NCBI GenBank assembly: GCA_964582375.1
Contig: CAZORL010000002.1
Location: forward strand, 42,860 to 106,859
DNA length: 64,000 nucleotides
Direction: 5' to 3'
DNA from: an uncultured Lachnospiraceae bacterium
GTDB taxonomy: Bacteria; Bacillota; Clostridia; Oscillospirales; CAG-272
Positions within the stretch are counted from its first letter, which is position 1. Each line of letters starts with the position of its first letter. Of this stretch, positions 28,886 to 37,133 are shown piece by piece. A program made the position numbers and the translations under genes. The notes beneath the pieces were generated by a model that saw only the letters and a list, made by a program, of their open reading frames with translations, did not search any database and had not been told where the DNA came from.

Positions 28886-29440
28886 TCAGCCCTCTCTTCC
28901 CTTTTTGGGGATCAGCAGGATCACTATAAGAACGATCACCGCCGCCACGATGATACCGATTATAAGTCCGAACCAATTGAAACCGCCATCGGCATTATCG
29001 TTATCGATCGTATTCGCCCCGGTGGTTGAAGGAGCGACGGTCGTGTTCGGTGTCCCGGTCGTTGTTCGAGGGACTGTTGTTATCGGACGCTCGCTTGTCA
29101 AAGTGCCGTCAGTATTCGCACTCGTCGTGATGCCCGAGGTCTCGGGTTCGGCGGTGTTTTCGCCGAGGGATGTGCGGCTGTCCGTTGTTTCATCCTCGTC
29201 GTGCGGTCTGACGGTCGGAGTCGCATCCGTCATTTTGAGTTTGCCCCTCTCGTGGCTGTCCTCTATATAACCGTCCCCGTCGAGATCGCCGAGAGTATAA
29301 TCACTGCCCTTCACCCGAACATATGCCGAGTACTCGACATATTCGTCGGCAAAAGAGGAAACCGTACTCATAAAGACGATCGACAGAGCGGCAAGAACGA
29401 TAGAGGCACGCGATATTTTAGAAATCTTTATTTTTAACAT
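28886..29440 (-). CDS. Hypothetical exported type-I membrane protein: signal peptide, DxDxDG loop, Thr-rich stalk and C-terminal TM anchor
   Basis: The start is taken at the ATG at 29440 (MLKIKISKISRASIVLAALSIVFM..SFA/DE signal). GDLDGDGYIE motif and a C-terminal WFGLIIGIIVAAVIVLIVILLIPKK segment. The longer ORF in the track would overlap the divergent RNHCP gene. Confidence 0.6.
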   Translation of the reverse strand: MLKIKISKISRASIVLAALSIVFMSTVSSFADEYVEYSAYVRVKGSDYTLGDLDGDGYIEDSHERGKLKMTDATPTVRPHDEDETTDSRTSLGENTAEPETSGITTSANTDGTLTSERPITTVPRTTTGTPNTTVAPSTTGANTIDNDNADGGFNWFGLIIGIIVAAVIVLIVILLIPKKGREG

Positions 29441-29558
29441 GAGGATATCTTCCTTTCGTTTTATACGTTTGGACAGATCGCCGTTTAACAAAGTGTCAAA
29501 CGGTTCAAGATCAGTATGCGCAAATAAAAGAAAATTACACTGACAAAAGGAAAAAGCA

Positions 29559-29885
29559 ATGGAAACAAAAAGATTTACAAAAAATGACAACGGATTTATT
29601 TGTCTTCACTGCGGCAGAGATGTTCCGCCGCTTATAAAGACCTCGCGAAACCATTGTCCGTTTTGTCTGTGGTCACTTCATATTGACATAATGCCCGGCG
29701 ACCGCGCAAACGACTGTTTGGGCGCAATGGAGCCGATCGCCGTTCAGCCCAACCCTCGAAAGGGGTATATAATAATCCACAAATGTCAAAAATGCGGCGA
29801 GATACACCGAAACAAGGCGGCACTCGAGGGAAATGTCCCCGACGACAGATCACTGCTCATAAAGCTCACCGCTAATTCGATATGA
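29559..29885 (+). CDS. RNHCP-domain protein (Cys-rich, zinc-ribbon-like)
   Basis: 108 aa with CLHCG...[15 protein letters not shown]...PGDRA...CQKCG, the hallmark of the RNHCP family. Confidence 0.8.
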   Translation: [108 protein letters not shown]

Positions 29886-29909
29886 TATGCAAAAAGGAGA
29901 TAATCAGAG

Positions 29910-30302
29910 TTGAAGAAAAAACATCTTATACTGCCGACATTTGCGACGATCGTCCTGCTTTCTGCCGTTTGCGGATGCTCGGATGATAGTTCCATCGAAA
30001 AAACGACTGCGGAGCAGACATCCGCCAACACGATCGTGACGAGTGTTACGAGCGTACAAAATACCGATCGATTGCCGTCAACTGATTCCCCGACAGTCAC
30101 AACGACCGCATGGGTAACGACAGATGTGCCGATGACGACCGTCGGACAAACAGTGACAGACGCACCGATCACCACCGCAAAACCGATCACAACGACCGCA
30201 CGAAAGCCAAACACCACAACGACGAGCGATGAAAAAAAGCCGTCGCAAAGCGATGTGACGACGACTCGCAGAGGCGAAACGCCGTTCGTGCCGGCGCACT
30301 GA
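29910..30302 (+). CDS. Hypothetical Thr-rich lipoprotein (130 aa)
   Basis: TTG start 9 nt after AAAGGAGA, a signal peptide with lipobox (LLSAVCGC), and low-complexity T/P/V-rich remainder. Confidence 0.55.
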   Translation: MKKKHLILPTFATIVLLSAVCGCSDDSSIEKTTAEQTSANTIVTSVTSVQNTDRLPSTDSPTVTTTAWVTTDVPMTTVGQTVTDAPITTAKPITTTARKPNTTTTSDEKKPSQSDVTTTRRGETPFVPAH

Positions 30303-30425
30303 TCGATCCGATATCTCAAATATTCCGAAAAAAGTGTGGTGCTCGATCGCCCGTTCGTTTACGCGATAGTTGACAACGAGACGATGCTCCCGATCTTCAT
30401 CGGAGAGATCACTGAAATGAAATAA
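30303..30425 (+). pseudogene. Serpin C-terminal remnant (about 30 codons)
   Basis: In frame directly after the TGA of the preceding ORF: ...EKSVVLDRPFVYAIVDNETMLPIFIGEITEMK*. It matches the serpin C-terminal signature (x-x-x-[DNQ]-[RK]-P-F-[LV]-[FY]-x-I ... F-x-G). It has no start codon and no serpin core. Confidence 0.6.
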
Positions 30426-30432
30426 AAAAGTT

Positions 30433-30480
30433 AAGATCACTGTCTCAAATGCAAAGAGAAGCATTTGAGGCAGTGATCTT
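30433..30480. terminator. Long bidirectional hairpin between the serpin relic and the GNAT gene
   Basis: aagatcactgtctcaaatgc / gcatttgaggcagtgatctt, a stem of about 19 bp with one G-U pair. Confidence 0.7.
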
Positions 30481-30927
30481 TCAGATATCGGCGATCATAT
30501 GGACGTGCTCGATGCCGTCTTCGATATAGGGCTCAGATGATATCTTGAATCCGACCTTTTCGTAAAGCGGCACGGCATACGTCTGTGCGCCGATGGTCAA
30601 TCTATCGGCACCGAGTGTGTTTTTGGCAAAAGCCATCCCCTCTGAAAGCAGTTTTGAGGCATAGCCGAGGCGGCGTCTTACCGAGATCACTCTGCCGATC
30701 GAGGCACTGTCATATGTGACCCCTGCAGGCAGAATGCGAATATACGCCGCAATTCCCTCGTCATCTTCGAGCCACATATGATAGGCTGCTTTGTCGGCGT
30801 CATCGACTTCCTGATAGGCACAGTTTTGCTCGACGACAAAGACCGACACACGAAGCTTATATATCTCAAACAGCTCCTCTGTCGAAAGCTGTGAAAAATG
30901 CTTGACGCAAAGTCTTATTTCGCCCAT
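30481..30927 (-). CDS. GNAT-family N-acetyltransferase (ElaA-like)
   Basis: 148 aa with ElaA-like YKLRVSVFVVEQNCAYQE and an RRLGYAS motif-A-like segment. Confidence 0.85.
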   Translation of the reverse strand: MGEIRLCVKHFSQLSTEELFEIYKLRVSVFVVEQNCAYQEVDDADKAAYHMWLEDDEGIAAYIRILPAGVTYDSASIGRVISVRRRLGYASKLLSEGMAFAKNTLGADRLTIGAQTYAVPLYEKVGFKISSEPYIEDGIEHVHMIADI

Positions 30928-32111
30928 ACAACCCTTCCCGAAAGATAGTCTTCATGATCATTTTCGTCGGGACAGAGATCGGTATTGAAGATCGGATTTT
31001 GAACAAGTCCGCCGCCGCCCGTTTCGCCAACCTTGAGATAGGCGTTCTTTGTATCCGATCTGAAATCGACTCTGCAATTTGTCAGAATGGCATTGAACTT
31101 ACCGACTGCCTGAAATCCGATCTCGACACCGCCGTTTGACGAATACCAATAGCAGTAGCAGTTGGTATAATTCGAGGTCGTTCCGCTCTGAAGACGAAAT
31201 CCGACGGCGAAATTATCGGGATAGCAGATATCGTACCAGTTTGCGCCGCCCATATCGTCAAAACCGATGCTCCGGGTATAATCGATCGCGTCGCCGTAGA
31301 TAAAGAGCGGATGGATATTTCTCATAAAATTGCCCGCGCCCACAAGCTTAAAGCCGGTCTGGAAGTTGGCAACACGCATATTTGTAAATGTATTATCGAA
31401 GCCTTCGACAAGAACACCGATCGAATCCTTTGTGCCCGCGCCGTAGATATTCACGTTCATTATATCCGAGTCGTTCGATCCGTACTCTTTATTGTACTTT
31501 ACATATATGCCCTGTGTTACATGCTTGATCGACAAATATCTGACCGAGTATTCGCGCGCGCCCTCGATAGACAGTCCCTTTGCGATATTACAGCCATCGA
31601 TTATGCCGCCCGAGATATAGTTGTTTGTTCCGTTTTCGTGAATGATAAATTCGGGATTTTTGCCGCCGAGTCTTATCATGCACTGCGAGGATCTCCATTT
31701 TGCGCGCATTGCCTTAATGATGGCAAAATTCGAGAGTTCGAGTGAAACGGCAAGCTCGTGATTGCCGCTGGTTGATATCGGTTTCGAGATGAGATATTCG
31801 CCATCCGGGAAATAAATGGTCTTTCTCGGGTTGTCATCGATGATCTTTTGAAGTTCATCCGCAACATCCTCTCCGGTATTCGGTTGCACATAATCGGTAA
31901 CGATCACATAGCCCTTATCTCTTGCCTGTGTTTGATCTGTTGTCGGCATATCGGTATTCTCCTTTTTGTTTTGACCGGCATCTGTCGTTGTCGCGGCATC
32001 ATTGCCCCCGTCCGTGGTCTGCATGCCCGAGTTATCATGTGTGCATGCGGGCAAGGTCGCAAATACTGCGGCGACAAGCAAAAGGGCAAGGGCTTTATTA
32101 ATACTCTTCAT
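30915..32111 (-). CDS. Exported lipoprotein with a right-handed beta-helix (pectate-lyase-superfamily / GH28-related) domain
   Basis: Lipobox LPAC, a Thr/Asp-rich linker, an N-terminal motif resembling Pectate_lyase_3 (TIYFPDGEYLISKPI), and repetitive beta-helix-like turns. Confidence 0.6.
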   Translation of the reverse strand: MKSINKALALLLVAAVFATLPACTHDNSGMQTTDGGNDAATTTDAGQNKKENTDMPTTDQTQARDKGYVIVTDYVQPNTGEDVADELQKIIDDNPRKTIYFPDGEYLISKPISTSGNHELAVSLELSNFAIIKAMRAKWRSSQCMIRLGGKNPEFIIHENGTNNYISGGIIDGCNIAKGLSIEGAREYSVRYLSIKHVTQGIYVKYNKEYGSNDSDIMNVNIYGAGTKDSIGVLVEGFDNTFTNMRVANFQTGFKLVGAGNFMRNIHPLFIYGDAIDYTRSIGFDDMGGANWYDICYPDNFAVGFRLQSGTTSNYTNCYCYWYSSNGGVEIGFQAVGKFNAILTNCRVDFRSDTKNAYLKVGETGGGGLVQNPIFNTDLCPDENDHEDYLSGRVVWAK

Positions 32112-32230
32112 AGCAAAGTCCTTTCCGCTATTTGTTCTTACGGATACATTCTACCACATATTGCGCAAATTGTCAACACAGCGGCGAGATTTTCTTGCAA
32201 ATATTTTCATTGTTTTTTGAACGTAGGGTA

Positions 32231-32259
32231 TTGATTTTTTCCACTCTTTTTGTTATAAT
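32231..32259 (+). promoter_or_regulatory. SigA-type promoter upstream of the GH78-like relic
   Basis: TTGATT, a 17-nt spacer, then TATAAT. Confidence 0.5.
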
Positions 32260-32324
32260 GTATCACGGCATCCGAGATATGCAAAAATTCAACGAAACAT
32301 CAATATTTTGAAGGATCACACACG

Positions 32325-33432
32325 ATGAAAGCAAAATGGATATGGTATTACGGCGATTTTGAACTGCACCACAATATTCTTCTGCACTCGCGTCGTGAGG
32401 ATTACGGTTTTTCTTATCCTCCCTTTTGGCCTCTGACATCTCCCTACATCAATGTTGTATTTCACAAGACCTTTCACGCCCCCGAGGATTTTGTTCTGAC
32501 ATGTCGATGCAAGGGTCAAGGCTTTGCAAGACTCGATGGCCAGGTGTTTCTTAATATAAACGGAGAAGATCGGATTCCCAAGGGCGACCACACCATCGAG
32601 GTGACCGTTATGAATTACGGCGGCCTGCCTTGCTTCTATGCAAGCGGTAAGCATCTTGTTACCGATGAAAGCTGGACTGCAACAAGTGTCAGCGCCGAGC
32701 CTGTTTCGGTTGGTTGTACACCCGAGTTTATCTTTTCCGATGATGACCCGCAAGCATTTCCGTTCGCATACAAGCGCATAGACCCCGCAGGGGTCTGCAC
32801 CGTTGACGGCGGATTGCTTTACGATTTCGGTGCTGAGACATTCGGCAAGCGAGCACGTTTCACGTCATGCAAATGTCTTTGCTGTACTCTTCGATCTCGT
32901 TTCTGAAGACAGAAAGGCAATAATATATGAAAAAGTTCTCACTAATCCGAAGATAACCGCCATAACCACCCCGTATTTCGAACTTTATGAGCTTATGGCG
33001 TTCTGCTCCCTCGATCATATTGAAGCGGCACAGGAGCACATGAGCAAGTATTGGGGCGGAATGCTAAAACTCGGTGCAACAAGCATTTGGGAGGAATACG
33101 ACCCGAACAAGGGTGTACCTGAATGCTATGGTATGTATGGCAGACCGTTTGAAAAATCTCTCTGTCATGCTTGGCCCTGCGGTCCGATCTATCTGCTCGG
33201 ACGATACTGTCTCGGCGTTTATCCCACATCCCCCGGCTACAATACCTATCGCGTTGAGCCGAATCCCGGACTTTACATCTCATTTGAGGGCACTGTTCCA
33301 ACCGAAAACGGAAGCATCAAGGTTAAATACGAAAACGGAAGCATCACCGTCCTGTCCGAGCTCGACGGAGGCACTCTGAGCTGGAGAGGAAGCGAATACC
33401 CGATCCTTCCCAACATTGAGATTACCGTATAA
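32325..33432 (+). pseudogene. Alpha-L-rhamnosidase-like (GH78-related six-hairpin) glycosidase with an internal deletion and frameshift
   Basis: The N-terminal part (MKAKWIWYYGDFELHH...YDFGAETFGK) and the C-terminal part (HANVFAVLFDLV...ATSIWEEY...SLCHAWPCGP...) lie in different frames and join at about 32840-32870. The catalytic-domain core between them is missing. Confidence 0.65.
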
Positions 33433-33547
33433 CATTATAAAAGATAAAAAGACGAAATTTCCAAATGACGAGATGCCGTAACGAAAGCCCAAAACAAGTG
33501 TTAAGGGCAACCGATATGGTATATATGTATTTTTTGAAGGAGAAAAA

Positions 33548-33943
33548 ATGAAAAAGCTGATCACGCTACTGCTTCTTGCGTCTCTTGTCATGCTCCCTGC
33601 CTGCAGTGGCAACAAAGGGACCATCGAGACGACAGGGGCACAAACGACTGCCGCACCTGTCGAAAAGGACATTGATATAAAAAGAGACGGCGACATCGGA
33701 GAATTAAAGATACATCTCCCAAGCGAGGCAAATACCACCATAACACTGCTTGTTATAAGCGATCTTTCGATCGAGAGCGATTGGAAGGCTCATCCCGATA
33801 TGGTATACGACATCGGAGAGGTAACGCTTGACGAAAACGGTCGGGCATCGACAACGCTCTCGCTCGACTCTGACGGGGCACTCTATCTCATACTGACAGG
33901 GGCAAACGGTGTGCGCCGCGAGGAGATCCCCGCCGTAAATTGA
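33548..33943 (+). CDS. Hypothetical lipoprotein (131 aa)
   Basis: Signal peptide with lipobox LPAC and a GGAG RBS. It ends 34 nt upstream of the GH27 gene. Confidence 0.65.
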   Translation: MKKLITLLLLASLVMLPACSGNKGTIETTGAQTTAAPVEKDIDIKRDGDIGELKIHLPSEANTTITLLVISDLSIESDWKAHPDMVYDIGEVTLDENGRASTTLSLDSDGALYLILTGANGVRREEIPAVN

Positions 33944-33976
33944 TATGTCGGCAAACCTACAAGGTGAAAGGAAGAG

Positions 33977-36900
33977 ATGAACATGTTAAAAAAGATCGTA
34001 TCATTATCGCTGACAGCGGCAACACTTCTTTCAAGTGTCGCGATCGGCTGCGTTTCGGCATCGGCGGACGAGGTTGAAACGAGAAAGACGCCGATCATGG
34101 GCTGGGCATCATGGAACGCATATCATGCCGACATCAGCGAATCGATAATATTCTCGCAAGCGGACAGAATAAAAGAGTACGGGCTTGACAAGCTCGGATA
34201 CACATATGTAAACATCGACGACGGATGGCAATACGGCAGAGGAGATGACGGGCATGTGACAGTGCATCCGACACGCTTTCCAAACGGCATGAAATATGTT
34301 GCCGACACTCTTCACTCGATGGGGCTGAATGCAGGCATTTACACTGATGCGGGAAAGCTCACCTGCGGATATCAGGCGGAGCGTCAGTACGAAAACAATG
34401 ACGTCGGTCTGTACGGTCACGACAAAGAGGATCTTGAGCGTTATTTTGCCGAGTGGGGCTATGATTTTATCAAGATCGACTGGTGCGGCGGTCAAGCACT
34501 CTCGCTCGATCAGCAGACGCGATACACCGAGATCGGGCAGATCATAAACGAGCTTGAGGGAAGGCTCGGCAGGGATATCATCTACAATATCTGCTGTTGG
34601 CGATTTCCCGGAGAATGGGCACTTGATGTTGCCGATTCGTGGAGAACAGGCTCAGATATCACGAACAACTTTACATCGATCTTAAAACAGCTCGACAATG
34701 TTAAAAATCTCGGCAAATACTGCGGACCGGGGCATTACAACGATCTTGACATGCTTCAGATCGGTAACGGTATGTCGTATGAGGAAGACAAATCGCATTT
34801 TGCCATGTGGTGCATGGTATCATCTCCCCTTCTCCTCGGAATGGACTTAAATGGCATATCGGACGAAACACTTTCGATAATCTCAAACGAAGAGCTTATT
34901 GCGATCGACCAAGACCCTGCGTGCATACAGGCAACTGTTGCAAAAACACTTGCCGGTGGGGCTGTCGAGGCATGGACGAAAGATCTTTATTCGGCAAATT
35001 CGGGAACCAAAGCGATCGCACTGCTTAACAGATCGGACGAGGAGCAATCGATAATCGTCTCGTTTGAAGAGCTTGGGCTGAAAAATGTCAGCTCGGTCAG
35101 AGATCTTTGGTCACACACCGATCTTCCTGCAAGCGAGCAGATATCGATCACGATCCCCACACACGGAACGGCAGTCCTTAAGGTGGTCGGCGAGAATGTC
35201 GAGATCACGACCGAAAGTAACGAAGAGTTTATCAAGGTGGACGATGTCACGGCAACCACCGAATGCACTGTCTCGGCAAGGCCGAGAGCGATCTCATTTG
35301 ACAATATCGGAAACAGCGACTGGCTCTATTACAGCACATCGGGAGTTGAAAAGAAGATCAACTCCACGGGCGAGATAAAGGTCTTCACGAGTGCGCTTGC
35401 CGGTGATTATACGAATGCCGCAACGAGATATTCGTGGACGGACGGCACAAACAGAAAAAACTATGCGACATCCGAGGGCAGAACGGTTCCCGCTGAGGAC
35501 AACGGGTATGCGATAGTTTCGACCCCCTGCGACGAAAAACAGCGCACGCTGACGGTCAGCGTCGGTGCATATTCGACCGATTTCAAAATAGAGTTCATGA
35601 TCGGCGGAAAGGTAGTCAAAGAGGAGATCGTCAAGGGGCAAAACGGTGTCAAGGTATCAAAGCTTGTAACATTTACATACACGAGTAAGACACCGACAAA
35701 TGCGTATGTCAAATGGACGGCAGTCAAGACTCACGGCTCGAATGTCGGACTTGATCTTGAGGGAATAGGTCTTAATGTCGAGTCGGATGTGGATATTGCC
35801 GAGCCGACGATCTCCTACGGCAAGGGTGTATACAATGTCACAATAAACGCTGCTGCCAAAAAAGGCACTGTGGGAAGCATCATTTGTGCATTCAAAGACA
35901 CCGCCGGGAAGCTTGTTCACTTTGCAAGTCTTGATGTAGTTGATGGCTATCACGCATACAAGATCGAATACATTGACAACAAGCTTTACGCAGGACGGCT
36001 GTATGCATATTATTGGGACAGCGCGAACAATTCGATATCGCCCTTCAAAACGGTTGATTTTAATTTCAGCGCGGCAAGAAGCAACGAAATAGGATCGATG
36101 AAAGCACACGATCTGAAGGATACGGGTGCGATATTTCTTGATGTAAGAACGCCCGAGGAATATGCCAAGGAGCACATTGACGGTGCGATCAATCTTGAGC
36201 ACACGAAAGTGCTGACTGAGGCATCGACCGTTCTGCCCGACAAAAGCAAGCCGATAGTCGTTTACTGCTCGGCGGCAAAACGGTCTGTGCAGGCGGTCTC
36301 CGAGCTTCTCGATCAGGGGTACACCGAGGTATACAATCTCGGAAGTATGCAAAACTTCTACGAAAAACCCACCGTCACATTCTCAAAGGATGTTTGTTCG
36401 GTAGTTACTGCGGGCGAGACACCGTCGGCTGTCTACACGGCAAACAGATACGACACACCCGAGGTATATTTCTCATACGGCAAGGGTTCTTCGTTTGCCG
36501 ATGCCGTCCCCGAAAAGGATTTCAAGATCCCCGAGGGAAAGGATTATTACATCACGCTCAAAGCATATCTTGTCTACAACGGCAAATGCTACGCCGAGAC
36601 GGAAAAGCAGTTCATCTATTGGTCCGAGGAAACGGTCATCTCGTTTGCGTCCGACATGGAATTTGTCAGCTCGACGGTCGGCTGGGGATCGATCAAGAAA
36701 GACAAATCGACAGACGGCGGCAAACTTCGTCTTGCGGGAAAAACCTTCTCCAAGGGTATCGGCACTCACGCGACATCGGATATCGTCATAACAATTCCCG
36801 AGGGTGCAAACAAATTCGTCAGCGTCGCGGGTGTTGATGACGAGGTCAAGGGCAGCGGAAGCGTCATATTCTCGATATACATCGACGGTGAACTCGCAGG

Positions 36901-37066
36901 CGAAACATCATGGATGCCCGGATATCAATATTTCGTATTTGACATCGACATTCCCGAGGGAGCAAAGGAGATAAAACTCCGTGCGTTTGAGGGATCGTCG
37001 ATCTCGGGCAACGACAGCGACCACGCAGACTGGGCTGTTGCCGCATTCTGCAAAGTCGAGAAATAA
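33977..37066 (+). CDS. Secreted multidomain GH27 alpha-galactosidase with internal rhodanese-like and C-terminal NPCBM-like modules
   Basis: Signal peptide; GH27 motifs MGWASWNAY, YVNIDDGWQ, FIKIDWCGG and WRTGSDI; a rhodanese segment FLDVRTPEEY...VVYCSAAKRS; and a C-terminal NPCBM-like segment (GWGS..KD.S..G..L.L.G..F.KGIGTHA...). Confidence 0.85.
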   Translation: MNMLKKIVSLSLTAATLLSSVAIGCVSASADEVETRKTPIMGWASWNAYHADISESIIFSQADRIKEYGLDKLGYTYVNIDDGWQYGRGDDGHVTVHPTRFPNGMKYVADTLHSMGLNAGIYTDAGKLTCGYQAERQYENNDVGLYGHDKEDLERYFAEWGYDFIKIDWCGGQALSLDQQTRYTEIGQIINELEGRLGRDIIYNICCWRFPGEWALDVADSWRTGSDITNNFTSILKQLDNVKNLGKYCGPGHYNDLDMLQIGNGMSYEEDKSHFAMWCMVSSPLLLGMDLNGISDETLSIISNEELIAIDQDPACIQATVAKTLAGGAVEAWTKDLYSANSGTKAIALLNRSDEEQSIIVSFEELGLKNVSSVRDLWSHTDLPASEQISITIPTHGTAVLKVVGENVEITTESNEEFIKVDDVTATTECTVSARPRAISFDNIGNSDWLYYSTSGVEKKINSTGEIKVFTSALAGDYTNAATRYSWTDGTNRKNYATSEGRTVPAEDNGYAIVSTPCDEKQRTLTVSVGAYSTDFKIEFMIGGKVVKEEIVKGQNGVKVSKLVTFTYTSKTPTNAYVKWTAVKTHGSNVGLDLEGIGLNVESDVDIAEPTISYGKGVYNVTINAAAKKGTVGSIICAFKDTAGKLVHFASLDVVDGYHAYKIEYIDNKLYAGRLYAYYWDSANNSISPFKTVDFNFSAARSNEIGSMKAHDLKDTGAIFLDVRTPEEYAKEHIDGAINLEHTKVLTEASTVLPDKSKPIVVYCSAAKRSVQAVSELLDQGYTEVYNLGSMQNFYEKPTVTFSKDVCSVVTAGETPSAVYTANRYDTPEVYFSYGKGSSFADAVPEKDFKIPEGKDYYITLKAYLVYNGKCYAETEKQFIYWSEETVISFASDMEFVSSTVGWGSIKKDKSTDGGKLRLAGKTFSKGIGTHATSDIVITIPEGANKFVSVAGVDDEVKGSGSVIFSIYIDGELAGETSWMPGYQYFVFDIDIPEGAKEIKLRAFEGSSISGNDSDHADWAVAAFCKVEK

Positions 37067-37077
37067 CAGTACTTCAA

Positions 37078-37133
37078 AACAAAGAAACCTTGCGTTTTCT
37101 CAAGAAAAGTGAGAAAATGCAAGGTTTTTCTTT
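37078..37133. terminator. Bidirectional hairpin between GH27 and the convergent ABC exporter gene
   Basis: aaagaaaccttgc ... gcaaggtttttcttt with a nested ttttctca/tgagaaaa stem. Confidence 0.65.

Noticed and set aside
29786-30319. 177-aa minus-strand ORF overlapping the Thr-rich lipoprotein ORF
   Set aside because: It is the Val-rich mirror image of ACN-rich Thr codons. The plus-strand ORF has an RBS and a lipoprotein signal peptide, and the minus-strand ORF has neither.
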